From Bryobacteraceae bacterium (GTDB taxonomy: Bacteria; Acidobacteriota; Terriglobia; Bryobacterales; Bryobacteraceae): a stretch of DNA of 46,988 bases. The position numbers and the translations under genes are program-made. The notes beneath the pieces were generated by a model. The model saw only the letters and a list, made by a program, of their open reading frames with translations, made no database searches and was not told where the DNA came from. The stretch spans positions 1 to 46,988 of the forward strand of contig DATBID010000324.1 in NCBI GenBank assembly GCA_036557125.1, in the 5' to 3' direction. Of the stretch, positions 18,791-27,189 are shown one piece after another (position 1 is the first letter of the stretch; each line of letters starts with the position of its first letter).

Positions 18791-19169
18791 TGCCGCGCTC
18801 CTGCTTCTTGCGAAGTCTGGCGATCTCTTCCAGGTCCTTCGCCGAGAGATGATGCTCTTCCACCAAATGAACCAGCAGCGGCTCGGCCGAACCGTTGAAA
18901 ACGCGGTTGATAAAGTCCCGCACCATCACGCCGATCACCTGCCGTTTGGGCTGCGCGGCGCGGTACAGGTACGCCCGGTCCTCCTGCGATTTCTTGAGAA
19001 AGCCCTTCCGCTCGAGGATCTTCATCATAGTCATGACGGTGGTGTAGGCCACTTTTCGCCGCTCGAGCAGCGCTTCGTAGACGTCGCGGACGGTTACCTG
19101 CTCCCGCTCCCATACGATTTTCATGATTTCCAGTTCCTGCCCGGTCAAGGTCTTGCTTCGAGGCCGCAT
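18777..19169 (-). CDS. BlaI/MecI/CopY family transcriptional repressor
   Basis: Winged-helix N-terminus LTGQELEIMKIVWEREQVTVRDVYEAL...YTTVMTMMKILERKGFL. About 130 aa. Located directly upstream of the M56 sensor gene. Confidence 0.9.
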   Translation of the reverse strand: MRPRSKTLTGQELEIMKIVWEREQVTVRDVYEALLERRKVAYTTVMTMMKILERKGFLKKSQEDRAYLYRAAQPKRQVIGVMVRDFINRVFNGSAEPLLVHLVEEHHLSAKDLEEIARLRKKQERGNESR

Positions 19170-19204
19170 ACTAATTTATTAGTACTAATCGGATCGGGTG
19201 TCAA
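19170..19204 (-). promoter_or_regulatory. Near-consensus promoter (TTGACA-N17-TAATAA) with an overlapping inverted-repeat operator; apparently leaderless blaI-like mRNA
   Basis: The minus strand reads TTGACA (19204-19199), a 17-nt spacer, TAATAA (19181-19176), then 6 nt to the ATG (19169). The inverted repeat ACTAAT-tt-ATTAGT (19170-19183) plus an extra ACTAAT half-site (19184-19189) overlaps the -10 box and the TSS. No SD sequence. Confidence 0.55.
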
Positions 19205-19273
19205 GAGGAATTTTGGGGAAGGACCGTTCCGTAGCGGTCGCGGCTCAGATTCCCGCGGTCGGCGGCAGGGTGC

Positions 19274-20416
19274 TCAGCCCAGCCCCGCCGATTCGTGGTA
19301 GATTTCCAGCACTTCGCGCGCGGTGCGCTCCCAACTGAACCGGCGGACGCGCTCGCGGCCACAACGGACGAGGTGGTCGCGCAGCTCCTCATCGAGCAGG
19401 ACCTCTTTAATACCGCGGGCGATCTCAAAAACGTTTTCCGGGTTCACCTGCACCGCAGCATCTCCTACGACTTCCGGCAGAGAGCTGACGTTGGACGCCA
19501 CTACCGGCGTGCCGCACGCCATCGCTTCGAGCGGCGGCAGCCCAAAGCCTTCATACCGCGAGACGAACACGAACGCCGCAGCCGCTTCGTAGAAGCAGCG
19601 GAGCGTATCGAAGGGCACGAATCCGAGAAAGCGCACCACCGCTTCGGCGCGGCTCTTGATTACGGCTTGCCGCACCGAAGGGTACTGCGAAATCGTGTCG
19701 CCGATGATGATGAGCCGAAGGTCTTTGTAAACAGGGTGCGTGGAAAGCTGGTCACGCACTACCGCGAAGGCCTCGACCAGGCGTGGCACGTTCTTATGGG
19801 GGCGGATATTTCCCGCATACAGAAGGAACGGGTAGTTGATCTGGTACCGCTCCAGAATGCGCTCGGTGGCTTCCCGGTCCGAACTGCTTTCGGAGAAAAG
19901 GAAACCGGGGTCGGGAGCTTCGTAAACCCGACGGATGTGGGCGGAGGGAATCTCGAGCAGATTGTGCAGATCCCGTTTGGTGGTCTCCGAAACGGCGATT
20001 ACGCTGCTTGCCCGCAGCAGGCCGCGCCGGTAAAGGTATCGCCGCAATTTCACTTTGGTGGCCGATTCCGGGAAGTCGAACAGCAGGGTGGAAAGGTCAT
20101 GAACCGTGACGACGTAGGGCCGGATCATCAGCCACGGCACGCGGTTCAAGGGAATGTGCACCAAATCGGGCGAGAGACTGCGCAGGAACACCGGGAAACC
20201 GATGTGATTCAAAGGGTGAAGGTCCGACATGTTGTAGACGGCCGCTCGAAAATTTTCGGGGAGGCCCGCCAGCGTGCGCGCTTCGGCCGGTCCGCTCACC
20301 AGGGTGTAGCGGTTCACATGATCGATAACGCCTAGCGCGTGAACCAGGCTACGGATATAGGTGCCGATGCCGAAGTCGCGGACGCGTCGCGCATCGATAA
20401 CGATGTGGCTGGACAA
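19274..20416 (-). CDS. Glycosyltransferase family 4 (GT-B, GT1/GT4 type)
   Basis: C-terminal sugar-nucleotide binding motif [24 protein letters not shown]. About 380 aa. Lies 10 nt downstream of glyA. Confidence 0.85.
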   Translation of the reverse strand: MSSHIVIDARRVRDFGIGTYIRSLVHALGVIDHVNRYTLVSGPAEARTLAGLPENFRAAVYNMSDLHPLNHIGFPVFLRSLSPDLVHIPLNRVPWLMIRPYVVTVHDLSTLLFDFPESATKVKLRRYLYRRGLLRASSVIAVSETTKRDLHNLLEIPSAHIRRVYEAPDPGFLFSESSSDREATERILERYQINYPFLLYAGNIRPHKNVPRLVEAFAVVRDQLSTHPVYKDLRLIIIGDTISQYPSVRQAVIKSRAEAVVRFLGFVPFDTLRCFYEAAAAFVFVSRYEGFGLPPLEAMACGTPVVASNVSSLPEVVGDAAVQVNPENVFEIARGIKEVLLDEELRDHLVRCGRERVRRFSWERTAREVLEIYHESAGLG

Positions 20417-20426
20417 CGAAAATACC

Positions 20427-21719
20427 CTATTTCAGGGCTTCCGCGCGAACTTTTTCCCGTTTCCACGCGTACAGCGGAAAGCGCGCCGTAAGCGCCGTCA
20501 CTTTCGCGCGAACGCCCGCAATCGCGGCGTCGTCGGAAACGTGCTGCAGCACTTCGGCGATCCACTCGCCCACCAGGCGCATTTCGGTTTCGCTGAATCC
20601 GCGCGTAGTCACGGCCGGGCTTCCCAGGCGAATGCCGCTGGGGTTGAGCGGCGGGTTGACATCGAACGGAATGGCGTTTTTGTTGACGGTGATGCCCGCA
20701 CGGTCGAGAGCCTGTTCCGCTTCCTTGCCGCGTACTCCCTTGGAGAAGACGTCGACCAGCATCAGGTGATTGTCGGTGCCGCCGGAAACGACTCGGAATC
20801 CCGCGGAGGCGAGCGTTTCCGCCAGAGTGCGCGCGTTGGCCAGCACCTGTTTCTGGTAGGCCACGAACTCAGGAGTCATGGCCTCGTGGAAGCACACGGC
20901 CTTGGCCGCCATGATGTGCACCAGCGGGCCGCCTTGCACGCCCGGGAACACTACTTTGTCGATCGCCCCGGCGTATTGCTGCTTCGAAAGAATGATTCCG
21001 GAGCGAGGTCCCCGCAGGGTTTTATGCGTAGTGCTGGTGACAATGTCCGCATACTCACAGGGATTGGGATGCAGCCCTGCCGCCACCAGACCGGAAAAAT
21101 GCGCCATATCCACCAGAAATATGGCGCCGACGGCGTCGCATATGGAGCGCATCCTGGGGAAGTCCCAAATGCGCGGATAGGCGCTGCCGCCGGCGATGAT
21201 CAGCTTGGGCTTGTGTTCATGCGCCAGCCGCTCCAGCTCGTCGTAGTCGACGCGCTCGTCTTCGCGGCGCACATTGTACGCCACGACGTGGTAAGTCTTC
21301 CCCGAAAAATTGAGCGGGTGGCCGTGCGTGAGGTGGCCGCCATGCGCCAGGTTCAGGCCCATGATGGTATCGCCGTGCGAGCACACTGCGGCGTATGCCG
21401 CCTGGTTCGCCTGGGAACCGGAATGCGGCTGCACGTTGGCGTGCTCGGCTCCGAAGAGGCGCTTGGCGCGGTCGCCCGCCAGGTTTTCCACGATGTCAGT
21501 GAATTCGCAGCCTCCGTAATACCGCTTCCCGGGATAGCCTTCGGCGTACTTATTGGTGAAAACGGTTCCCGCGGCTTCCAGGATGGCTTCCGAGGTGAAA
21601 TTCTCGCTGGCGATCAGCTCGAGCTGCGAGTGCTGGCGCTCGATTTCGTGTTGCACAGCTTCATAGACTTCAGGGTCGACTTCGGCCAAGGGCCGCGCCA
21701 TGCGCTCTGCGGCTGTCAT
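20427..21719 (-). CDS. glyA: Serine hydroxymethyltransferase
   Basis: Diagnostic blocks: [32 protein letters not shown] and the PLP lysine in [14 protein letters not shown]. Confidence 0.95.
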   Translation of the reverse strand: MTAAERMARPLAEVDPEVYEAVQHEIERQHSQLELIASENFTSEAILEAAGTVFTNKYAEGYPGKRYYGGCEFTDIVENLAGDRAKRLFGAEHANVQPHSGSQANQAAYAAVCSHGDTIMGLNLAHGGHLTHGHPLNFSGKTYHVVAYNVRREDERVDYDELERLAHEHKPKLIIAGGSAYPRIWDFPRMRSICDAVGAIFLVDMAHFSGLVAAGLHPNPCEYADIVTSTTHKTLRGPRSGIILSKQQYAGAIDKVVFPGVQGGPLVHIMAAKAVCFHEAMTPEFVAYQKQVLANARTLAETLASAGFRVVSGGTDNHLMLVDVFSKGVRGKEAEQALDRAGITVNKNAIPFDVNPPLNPSGIRLGSPAVTTRGFSETEMRLVGEWIAEVLQHVSDDAAIAGVRAKVTALTARFPLYAWKREKVRAEALK

Positions 21720-21728
21720 AGGAGATGC

Positions 21729-21754
21729 CCAAATTTTAGCATGCTAGAATTTGG
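21729..21754. promoter_or_regulatory. 26-nt near-perfect palindrome containing two back-to-back extended -10 boxes (glyA and proS divergent promoters)
   Basis: CCAAATTTTAGCATGCTAGAATTTGG has 12 of 13 symmetric pairs. The plus strand reads TGcTAGAAT (21742-21750). The minus strand reads TGcTAAAAT (complement of 21733-21741). Confidence 0.45.
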
Positions 21755-21772
21755 TGGTCTTTCCCGGCGCCG

Positions 21773-23482
21773 ATGTTGTGGAGTCACTTATTCATCCCCA
21801 CTTTGCGCGAAACTCCCGCCGAGGCCGAAGTAACCAGCCATCGGCTTCTGTTGCGCGCCGGGTATATCCGCCAGCTCGCGGCCGGCATCTATAGCTATCT
21901 GTTCCTGGCGCAGCGCTCGCTATTGAAGATCCAGCACATCGTACGGGAGGAAATGGACGCCATCGGCGGGCAGGAAATGCTGCTGCCCGCGTTGCATCCC
22001 GCCGAAGTCTGGCAGGAATCGGGGCGCTGGGACATCATGGGCGAGAGCATGTTCCGCCTGAAGGACCGCTTCCGGCGCGATTTATGCCTCGGCATGACGC
22101 ACGAAGAAGTGGTCACGGCGCTGGCGCGCGGCGAACTGCGCAGTTACAAGCAACTGCCGCAAATCTGGTATCAGATCCAGACCAAGTTTCGCGACGAGGC
22201 ACGGCCGAAATCCGGCCTTCTGCGCGTGCGGCAGTTTCTGATGAAGGATTCCTATTCCTTCGATCTCGATCAGGCGGGCCTGGACGCGGCTTACGAAAAA
22301 CACTACCAGGCTTACCGCCGGATTTTCGATCGCTGCGGCCTCCAATACATGGCCGTCGAAGCGCATTCCGGCGCGATGGGCGGCAGCCAGTCGCACGAAT
22401 TCATGGTGGCTTCCGAAGCGGGCGAGGATTCCGTGGCGGTGTGCGCGGGATGCGGCTATTCGGCCAACCTCGATAAAGCGATTTCCCAGCCATCGCTGCC
22501 CGCGATGGATGATCCGGCGGGCGACTTAACACCCGAGCCGTTCCACACGCCGGGGCGCAAAACCATCGCCGAAGTTTCTGCGTTCACCGGCCTCCCCGAG
22601 ACTTCGCAGATCAAAAGCCTGGTGCTGATGGCCGATGGAGAGCCCGTTCTAGTCTTGCTGCGCGGCGATCACCAGTTGGCGGAGCAGAAGTTCGCAGCCG
22701 TTTCCGGCGATCCGGAATTCCGCCCGGCTACCGCGCCCGAGATTCGCGCATACTTCGGCGCAGAAGCGGGATCGCTGGGTCCCGTGGGCGTGACGAACAT
22801 GCAGATCCTGGCCGACCGCGCTCTGGCCGGACGGCGGAACATGATCGCCGGAGCCAACCGCGACGATTACCACTTGCGCAATGTCACGCTCGGGGAGGAT
22901 TTCGAAGCCGAGCTCCACGACCTGCGGCAAGTGGCCGCCGGAGACGCGTGCCCCCATTGCGGGCGCGTGCTGGAAATCCGCAAAACGGTGGAGATCGGCC
23001 ACATCTTTAAGCTCGGCTACAAGTATTCCGAATCCATGAGAGTGCGCGTACTGAACGCCGAGGGCAAAGAGATCACACCCATCATGGGATCTTACGGTAT
23101 CGGAATCGAGCGCATTCTGACCGCCGCCATTGAGCTCGCAAGCGATCAGGACGGCATGGTGCTACCGATTTCGATCGCGCCGTTTTCGCTGGTAATCACT
23201 CCCGCAAACAACGCCGACGAGGCGCAAATGTCTGCCGCGCGGGAGATTTACGCCCAGTGCCGGGCGCTCGGTATCGACACGCTCCTCGACGACCGCGATG
23301 AGCGGCCGGGCGTGAAGTTCAAGGACGCCGACCTGATCGGAATTCCGTACCGGATTGTGGTTGGAAAGAAACTGGCGACGGGCAGAGTCGAGTTGGTGGA
23401 GCGCAAAACGCGACAAGTCACTGAGGTGCCAGTGGCAGACGCGGCGCGGGCGGTTGGCCGTCTCGCTCTGGCCTTGCAATAG
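21773..23482 (+). CDS. proS: Proline--tRNA ligase (bacterial type with insertion/editing domain)
   Basis: N-terminus [15 protein letters not shown], class II motifs ([47 protein letters not shown]) and 569 aa length. Confidence 0.95.
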   Translation: MLWSHLFIPTLRETPAEAEVTSHRLLLRAGYIRQLAAGIYSYLFLAQRSLLKIQHIVREEMDAIGGQEMLLPALHPAEVWQESGRWDIMGESMFRLKDRFRRDLCLGMTHEEVVTALARGELRSYKQLPQIWYQIQTKFRDEARPKSGLLRVRQFLMKDSYSFDLDQAGLDAAYEKHYQAYRRIFDRCGLQYMAVEAHSGAMGGSQSHEFMVASEAGEDSVAVCAGCGYSANLDKAISQPSLPAMDDPAGDLTPEPFHTPGRKTIAEVSAFTGLPETSQIKSLVLMADGEPVLVLLRGDHQLAEQKFAAVSGDPEFRPATAPEIRAYFGAEAGSLGPVGVTNMQILADRALAGRRNMIAGANRDDYHLRNVTLGEDFEAELHDLRQVAAGDACPHCGRVLEIRKTVEIGHIFKLGYKYSESMRVRVLNAEGKEITPIMGSYGIGIERILTAAIELASDQDGMVLPISIAPFSLVITPANNADEAQMSAAREIYAQCRALGIDTLLDDRDERPGVKFKDADLIGIPYRIVVGKKLATGRVELVERKTRQVTEVPVADAARAVGRLALALQ

Positions 23483-24250
23483 CGAAACCGGCGCGCCTGC
23501 TCCAGCGGGCGGCGAATAGCCAATCACGCACCGCAGCGCTCACAGTCGCGAATGGGATAGTCAGTATCAGAGGGGCCAGCAGAAAGCCCCAGGCGTGTTC
23601 CTGGGGAACGTTCCACGCGATCGTCCAAACCGCCAGGGTTAACACGCGGGCGGAACCAGAGGAGCCGCGGGCGCGGCAATGGCCGGCCTTCAAGGCATCC
23701 AGAAATTCCTGTTGCTGGGAATCGCTGCCGCCTAACGGGATCTTACGCCACAACGCCGCCAGCGAATCCGCCTCGCCGTTAGATGCCGGCGGAATGTGGC
23801 CGTTGAGCGTCTCGATGGCCGGAAACCAATCTTCAAAAATGCCGAAATCGGCTTGTGCCCGGCTTCCGGTAAGTGCGGAAAATACCTGGTTGACGGCGTA
23901 AAGCCGGCCCCGCTCCTGGCAATAGGCAGCCAAAGCCGGAATGTCGTCGCGCCGCCGCTGCGGTTCGATGTGATCACGCTCTGTGATGTCGTACACGCCT
24001 ACGTGCACACCATTACCGGAAGGCAAGGTGCAGGACACCTCCTCGCTCAGGAAAAAATCGGGTAGCGGCGCAGAGTCTCGACCGAGTCGATGGAATCGTG
24101 ATCGCTTACGGTCACCAAACCTATGCCGCGCCGTTTGAGGGTTTCGTAAAGCGCTAACGGCTCGTTGTAACTTTCCCGGCAAAAATGCCGTGCCAGGGGA
24201 ACACTACACATGCCACTGGCCGTCGTGTGTACGTGCAAATCGCAACGCAT
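23418..24250 (-). pseudogene. PHP-domain metal-dependent phosphoesterase, reading frame disrupted (needs a -1 shift near 24052-24062)
   Basis: ORF 24250-24047 encodes the PHP motif MRCDLHVHTTAS...VTVSDHDSID and ends ...RRYPIFS*. The homologous continuation (P)DFFLSEEVSCTLPSGNGVHVGVYDITE... lies in the -1 frame, in ORF 24182-23418. The junction sequence on the coding strand is TACCCGATTTTTTCCTGA. Confidence 0.7.
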
Positions 24251-24405
24251 ACTTACTTATTGCTCGGGATCGGTTACAGATTGAAAACAGAGATTAGAAG
24301 AAATGTTTGAACTTGGAACGTCGAGCCGCGGATGTAACTTTCTGCTTGACTCGGCCCCTGGGGCTGGGAGGAAGCTGTATCCAAGCGAAGGTTACTGAGG
24401 TATTT

Positions 24406-24735
24406 ATGTCAGATTCGGGCACAATCACACTCACGGATGCTACGTTCGAAACCGAGGTCTTAGAGTCAAAGATTCCCGTATTGGTAGACTTCTGGGCGCA
24501 GGGCTGCGGTGGATGCCGCCAGATCGCGCCCGTCCTCGAGTTGCTGGCATCTGAGTATCTAAGTAGAGCGAAAGTCGGAAAGCTCGATGCGATCTTAAAT
24601 TCTCAGACCGCGATACGATATCAGGTCCGAAGGTTGCCAACATTATTGTTGTTCAAAGGCGGTGCTGTCGTGGCGCAGTCAGTGGGAGTGATTGGGATGG
24701 CCGATTTACATAAGATGCTCAGTCAGCACATCTGA
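24406..24735 (+). CDS. Thioredoxin-fold protein with atypical GCGGC active site
   Basis: VLVDFWAQGCGGCRQIAPVLE...RRLPTLLLFKGG matches the thioredoxin layout, including the cis-Pro. WCGPC is replaced by GCGGC (Cys-Gly-Gly-Cys codons 24505-24516). GAGG lies 5 nt upstream of the ATG at 24406. Confidence 0.75.
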   Translation: MSDSGTITLTDATFETEVLESKIPVLVDFWAQGCGGCRQIAPVLELLASEYLSRAKVGKLDAILNSQTAIRYQVRRLPTLLLFKGGAVVAQSVGVIGMADLHKMLSQHI

Positions 24736-24755
24736 TTCGCGGGGAGGACGCGCGG

Positions 24756-25646
24756 TTGAGCCAACTTTACCGCATGCATGAATTCGCCCAACGCGCGGGC
24801 GTTACGGTGAAAGCTTTGCGGCACTACGACCGCCTGGGCCTTTTGCAACCGCGGCGCAGTGGTTCCGGTTATCGGCTTTATAGCGAGAGCGACTTAGAGC
24901 GGCTGGAGCGGATTGCCGCGCTCAAGTTCCTCGGCGTTCCGCTCAAACAGATCAAGGCCGTGCTCGACCGGTCCGGAATGACACTTCCAGAAGCGTTGCG
25001 GCGGCAGCGGGAAGTGCTCGAAACCAAACAGCGGATGCTGGCCAGCGCAATCCGCGCGATTCAGGGTGCCGAGCAGGCCTTGTCCTCCGGCAAAGCGGCC
25101 GAAGCGGCGGCGTGGAAACGAATTATCGAGGTGATCGGGATGGAGAGTAACGTTGAGGCTATGAAGAAGTACTACAGCGAGGAAGCGTGGCTTAAACGAA
25201 AGCGGCACTACGAGCAGTGGCCTTCAGCGCACTTCGAAAACCTGTTCCGCGAGATCAGTGCATCGCTTGGCGAAGACCCCGCGAGTGAAAAGGTGCAGGC
25301 TCTGAAAACGCGCTGGTGGCGGAGGTTGAACGACACGGTAACGGGGGATCCAGCGGTGCAGGCAGGCGCGCTCGCCGCGTGGAATGACCGCGAGCATTGG
25401 CCTGCCGCGATGCGGGAGAAAGTTCAAAAGTTGCGCATCGAGAAAGCGATCGAATTTCTAGCGCAGGCCATGGCAGCATCCTGGAAGAAATATACAGCGT
25501 CGGAGGAATGGAGAAATCTGCCCGAACAGCGGCGTCGGCCGACAGAACCGTGGAATCAGTGGGTCCTCCGGATGCAGATGGCGCTCGAAGAAGAGCCGCC
25601 GGGCGAGAACGCGCGAGCGCTGGTCGTCCGGGTGATGGAACTTTGA
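24756..25646 (+). CDS. MerR family transcriptional regulator with a TipAS-like C-terminal domain
   Basis: HTH region YRMHEFAQRAGVTVKALRHYDRLGLLQPRRSGSGYRLYSESDLERLERI. Long helical C-terminal domain (YYSEEAWLKRKRHYEQW...). TTG start at 24756 with GGGGAGGA 7 nt upstream. Confidence 0.85.
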   Translation: MSQLYRMHEFAQRAGVTVKALRHYDRLGLLQPRRSGSGYRLYSESDLERLERIAALKFLGVPLKQIKAVLDRSGMTLPEALRRQREVLETKQRMLASAIRAIQGAEQALSSGKAAEAAAWKRIIEVIGMESNVEAMKKYYSEEAWLKRKRHYEQWPSAHFENLFREISASLGEDPASEKVQALKTRWWRRLNDTVTGDPAVQAGALAAWNDREHWPAAMREKVQKLRIEKAIEFLAQAMAASWKKYTASEEWRNLPEQRRRPTEPWNQWVLRMQMALEEEPPGENARALVVRVMEL

Positions 25647-25668
25647 TGAGGTAGAGCGCTTTCCCGCT

Positions 25669-26151
25669 TCAACGTTCCCAGAACGCCGGCGGCTCGATCC
25701 CCAACGCGCGCAGATACACATAGCCCTGCCCCCGATGGTGAATCTCGTTGTCGATGCCGTACAGGATCGTGTTAATGCCCGAGTTTTCCCACTGGCCGAA
25801 CGCTTTATCCACCTCGGCAAAGCGATGCGCGGGAATGGTTGGCCAGATGGCGTTGAGATCTTCGGTCGCCTTATCCCAAAGGCGTAGTAACTCTGCTTTC
25901 GTGCGCACCGAGCCGAGATCGGCGCCGAATGCTGTCCATTCGCCGGTGGCGACGCCATGGGCGATCGGCTCTGTCATCTTCAGAAATTCCTTGACCATCT
26001 CGGCAAACGGCCGCATCGATCCGATAGAAAAGCTAAAGAGTTTGTCTTCCGGAAAGGCCTCAATCACCCGCCGCGTCAGCCGGCGGTGGCCCTGCCAATG
26101 TTCCAGCAGCGCCTGGGAACCGAGAACGGATTGGGTTTGGGTTGGTGTCAT
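25669..26151 (-). CDS. DinB family protein
   Basis: 160 aa with the C-terminal NEIHHRGQGYVYLRALG motif typical of DinB/YfiT-like four-helix bundles. Confidence 0.8.
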   Translation of the reverse strand: MTPTQTQSVLGSQALLEHWQGHRRLTRRVIEAFPEDKLFSFSIGSMRPFAEMVKEFLKMTEPIAHGVATGEWTAFGADLGSVRTKAELLRLWDKATEDLNAIWPTIPAHRFAEVDKAFGQWENSGINTILYGIDNEIHHRGQGYVYLRALGIEPPAFWER

Positions 26152-26169
26152 TAGGCCAGATTAGAAGCC

Positions 26170-26209
26170 ATTCGCGACAATTCGTGTCGTGAATTCGTGC
26201 CACCATAAT
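26170..26209 (+). promoter_or_regulatory. Three direct ATTCG(C/T)G repeats plus a CATAAT -10-like box in the DinB/YafY divergent region
   Basis: ATTCGCG (26170-26176), AATTCGTG (26179-26186), AATTCGTG (26192-26199) and CATAAT (26204-26209). Confidence 0.35.
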
Positions 26210-26228
26210 TTTTATGTACGACCCCATC

Positions 26229-27170
26229 ATGCGCGTCCTCACAATGCTCGAAATCCTGCAGGCCCGGGAACACGTCAGCGGCGCGGAGCTCGCAAGACGG
26301 CTCGAGGTCAATCCGCGCACCGTCCAGCGCTACATCGCGCGGTTGCAGGATTTGTGTATTCCGGTCGAATCGACGCGGGGAGTTGGCGGAGCCTATCGCC
26401 TCAAGCCCGGCTTCCGGTTGCCGCCCATGATGTTCACAGATGAAGAAGCCTTCGCGCTCACGCTGGGCTTGCGCGCGCTGCGGTACTTGGGGCTTTCGGC
26501 ATTTGCTCCGGCGGCTGAAGGCGCCGCCGCCAAGCTGGGGCGCGTGCTCCCGGCTCCCCTGCGCGATAGTGCTAGTGCGGTCGAAGAAGTGGTTGCAATC
26601 GAGCCGGGGCCTTGGGTGATCTCGACTTCGGCTGAGGCGCTGATCCGGGTCTGTACCGCAATTCGCACGCGCCGTTCGGTGACATTTCAATATGAATCGC
26701 GCGAGCGACTCTGTTCTCAGCGTGAAGTTGAGCCATACGGCATCGTGCATATGGATGGGCGCTGGTACACGGTCGGCCACTGCCGTCTGCGGGAAGCGCT
26801 CAGGACTTTTCGGCTCGACCGAGTTTCCCGATTGGAAATCGGAGATCGAAAATTCGACCGGCCGGTTGGCTTCGATGCCAACGCCTATTTGCAGCGCTCC
26901 ATGCCATTCGTGCAGGCAGGCTTTCGAATCGAAGTATGGCTCGATCTGCCGATTGAGAAAGCCCGGTCACATTTCGCGTGCCACCGCGTCATCACTGAGG
27001 AGGAAAATGGCGGCACTACTCTCCAATGCGCGCGCGAAAATCTGGAGCCGTTCGCGGCGATGTTGTTGACGCTCGGCTGCTCCATCGTAGTACGGCAACC
27101 GCAGGAGTTGGTGGAGACGTTCGACCGGCTGGCAAGGCGAGCGGCGCATGCGCTGCGACAGCCCGACTAG
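26229..27170 (+). CDS. YafY family transcriptional regulator (HTH + WYL domain)
   Basis: N-terminal HTH MRVLTMLEILQAREHVSGAELARRLEVNPRTVQRYIARL. Central WYL-like region VEPYGIVHMDGRWYTVGHC...RTFRLDRV. The ATG at 26229 is preferred over 26214. Confidence 0.85.
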   Translation: MRVLTMLEILQAREHVSGAELARRLEVNPRTVQRYIARLQDLCIPVESTRGVGGAYRLKPGFRLPPMMFTDEEAFALTLGLRALRYLGLSAFAPAAEGAAAKLGRVLPAPLRDSASAVEEVVAIEPGPWVISTSAEALIRVCTAIRTRRSVTFQYESRERLCSQREVEPYGIVHMDGRWYTVGHCRLREALRTFRLDRVSRLEIGDRKFDRPVGFDANAYLQRSMPFVQAGFRIEVWLDLPIEKARSHFACHRVITEEENGGTTLQCARENLEPFAAMLLTLGCSIVVRQPQELVETFDRLARRAAHALRQPD

Positions 27171-27189
27171 CCAAGAGCGCCAGTCAGGC

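Noticed and set aside
19295-20335. 346-aa plus-strand ORF
   Set aside because: It is antisense to the GT4 glycosyltransferase, whose [18 protein letters not shown] motif identifies the real frame.
21725-21739. Mini-ORF ATG CCC AAA TTT TAG directly after an AGGAG sequence
   Set aside because: There is no spacing between the SD-like sequence and the ATG, the ORF has only 4 codons, and it lies inside the promoter palindrome. It is most likely coincidental.
20361-21833. 490-aa plus-strand ORF
   Set aside because: It is antisense to the unmistakable glyA gene and runs into proS. This is a shadow ORF with Arg/Gly/Ala-rich composition.
23418-23482. 65-nt convergent overlap between the proS 3' end and the PHP-domain ORF
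   Set aside because: It probably has no special meaning. The PHP gene is frame-disrupted and its C-terminal tail is poorly constrained, and convergent overlaps of this size occur by chance in high-GC genomes.
24307-24405. N-terminal extension of the thioredoxin ORF in the track (142 aa, starting at 24307)
   Set aside because: The extension has no thioredoxin homology. The internal ATG at 24406 has a GAGG SD-like sequence and gives a standard thioredoxin of about 109 aa.
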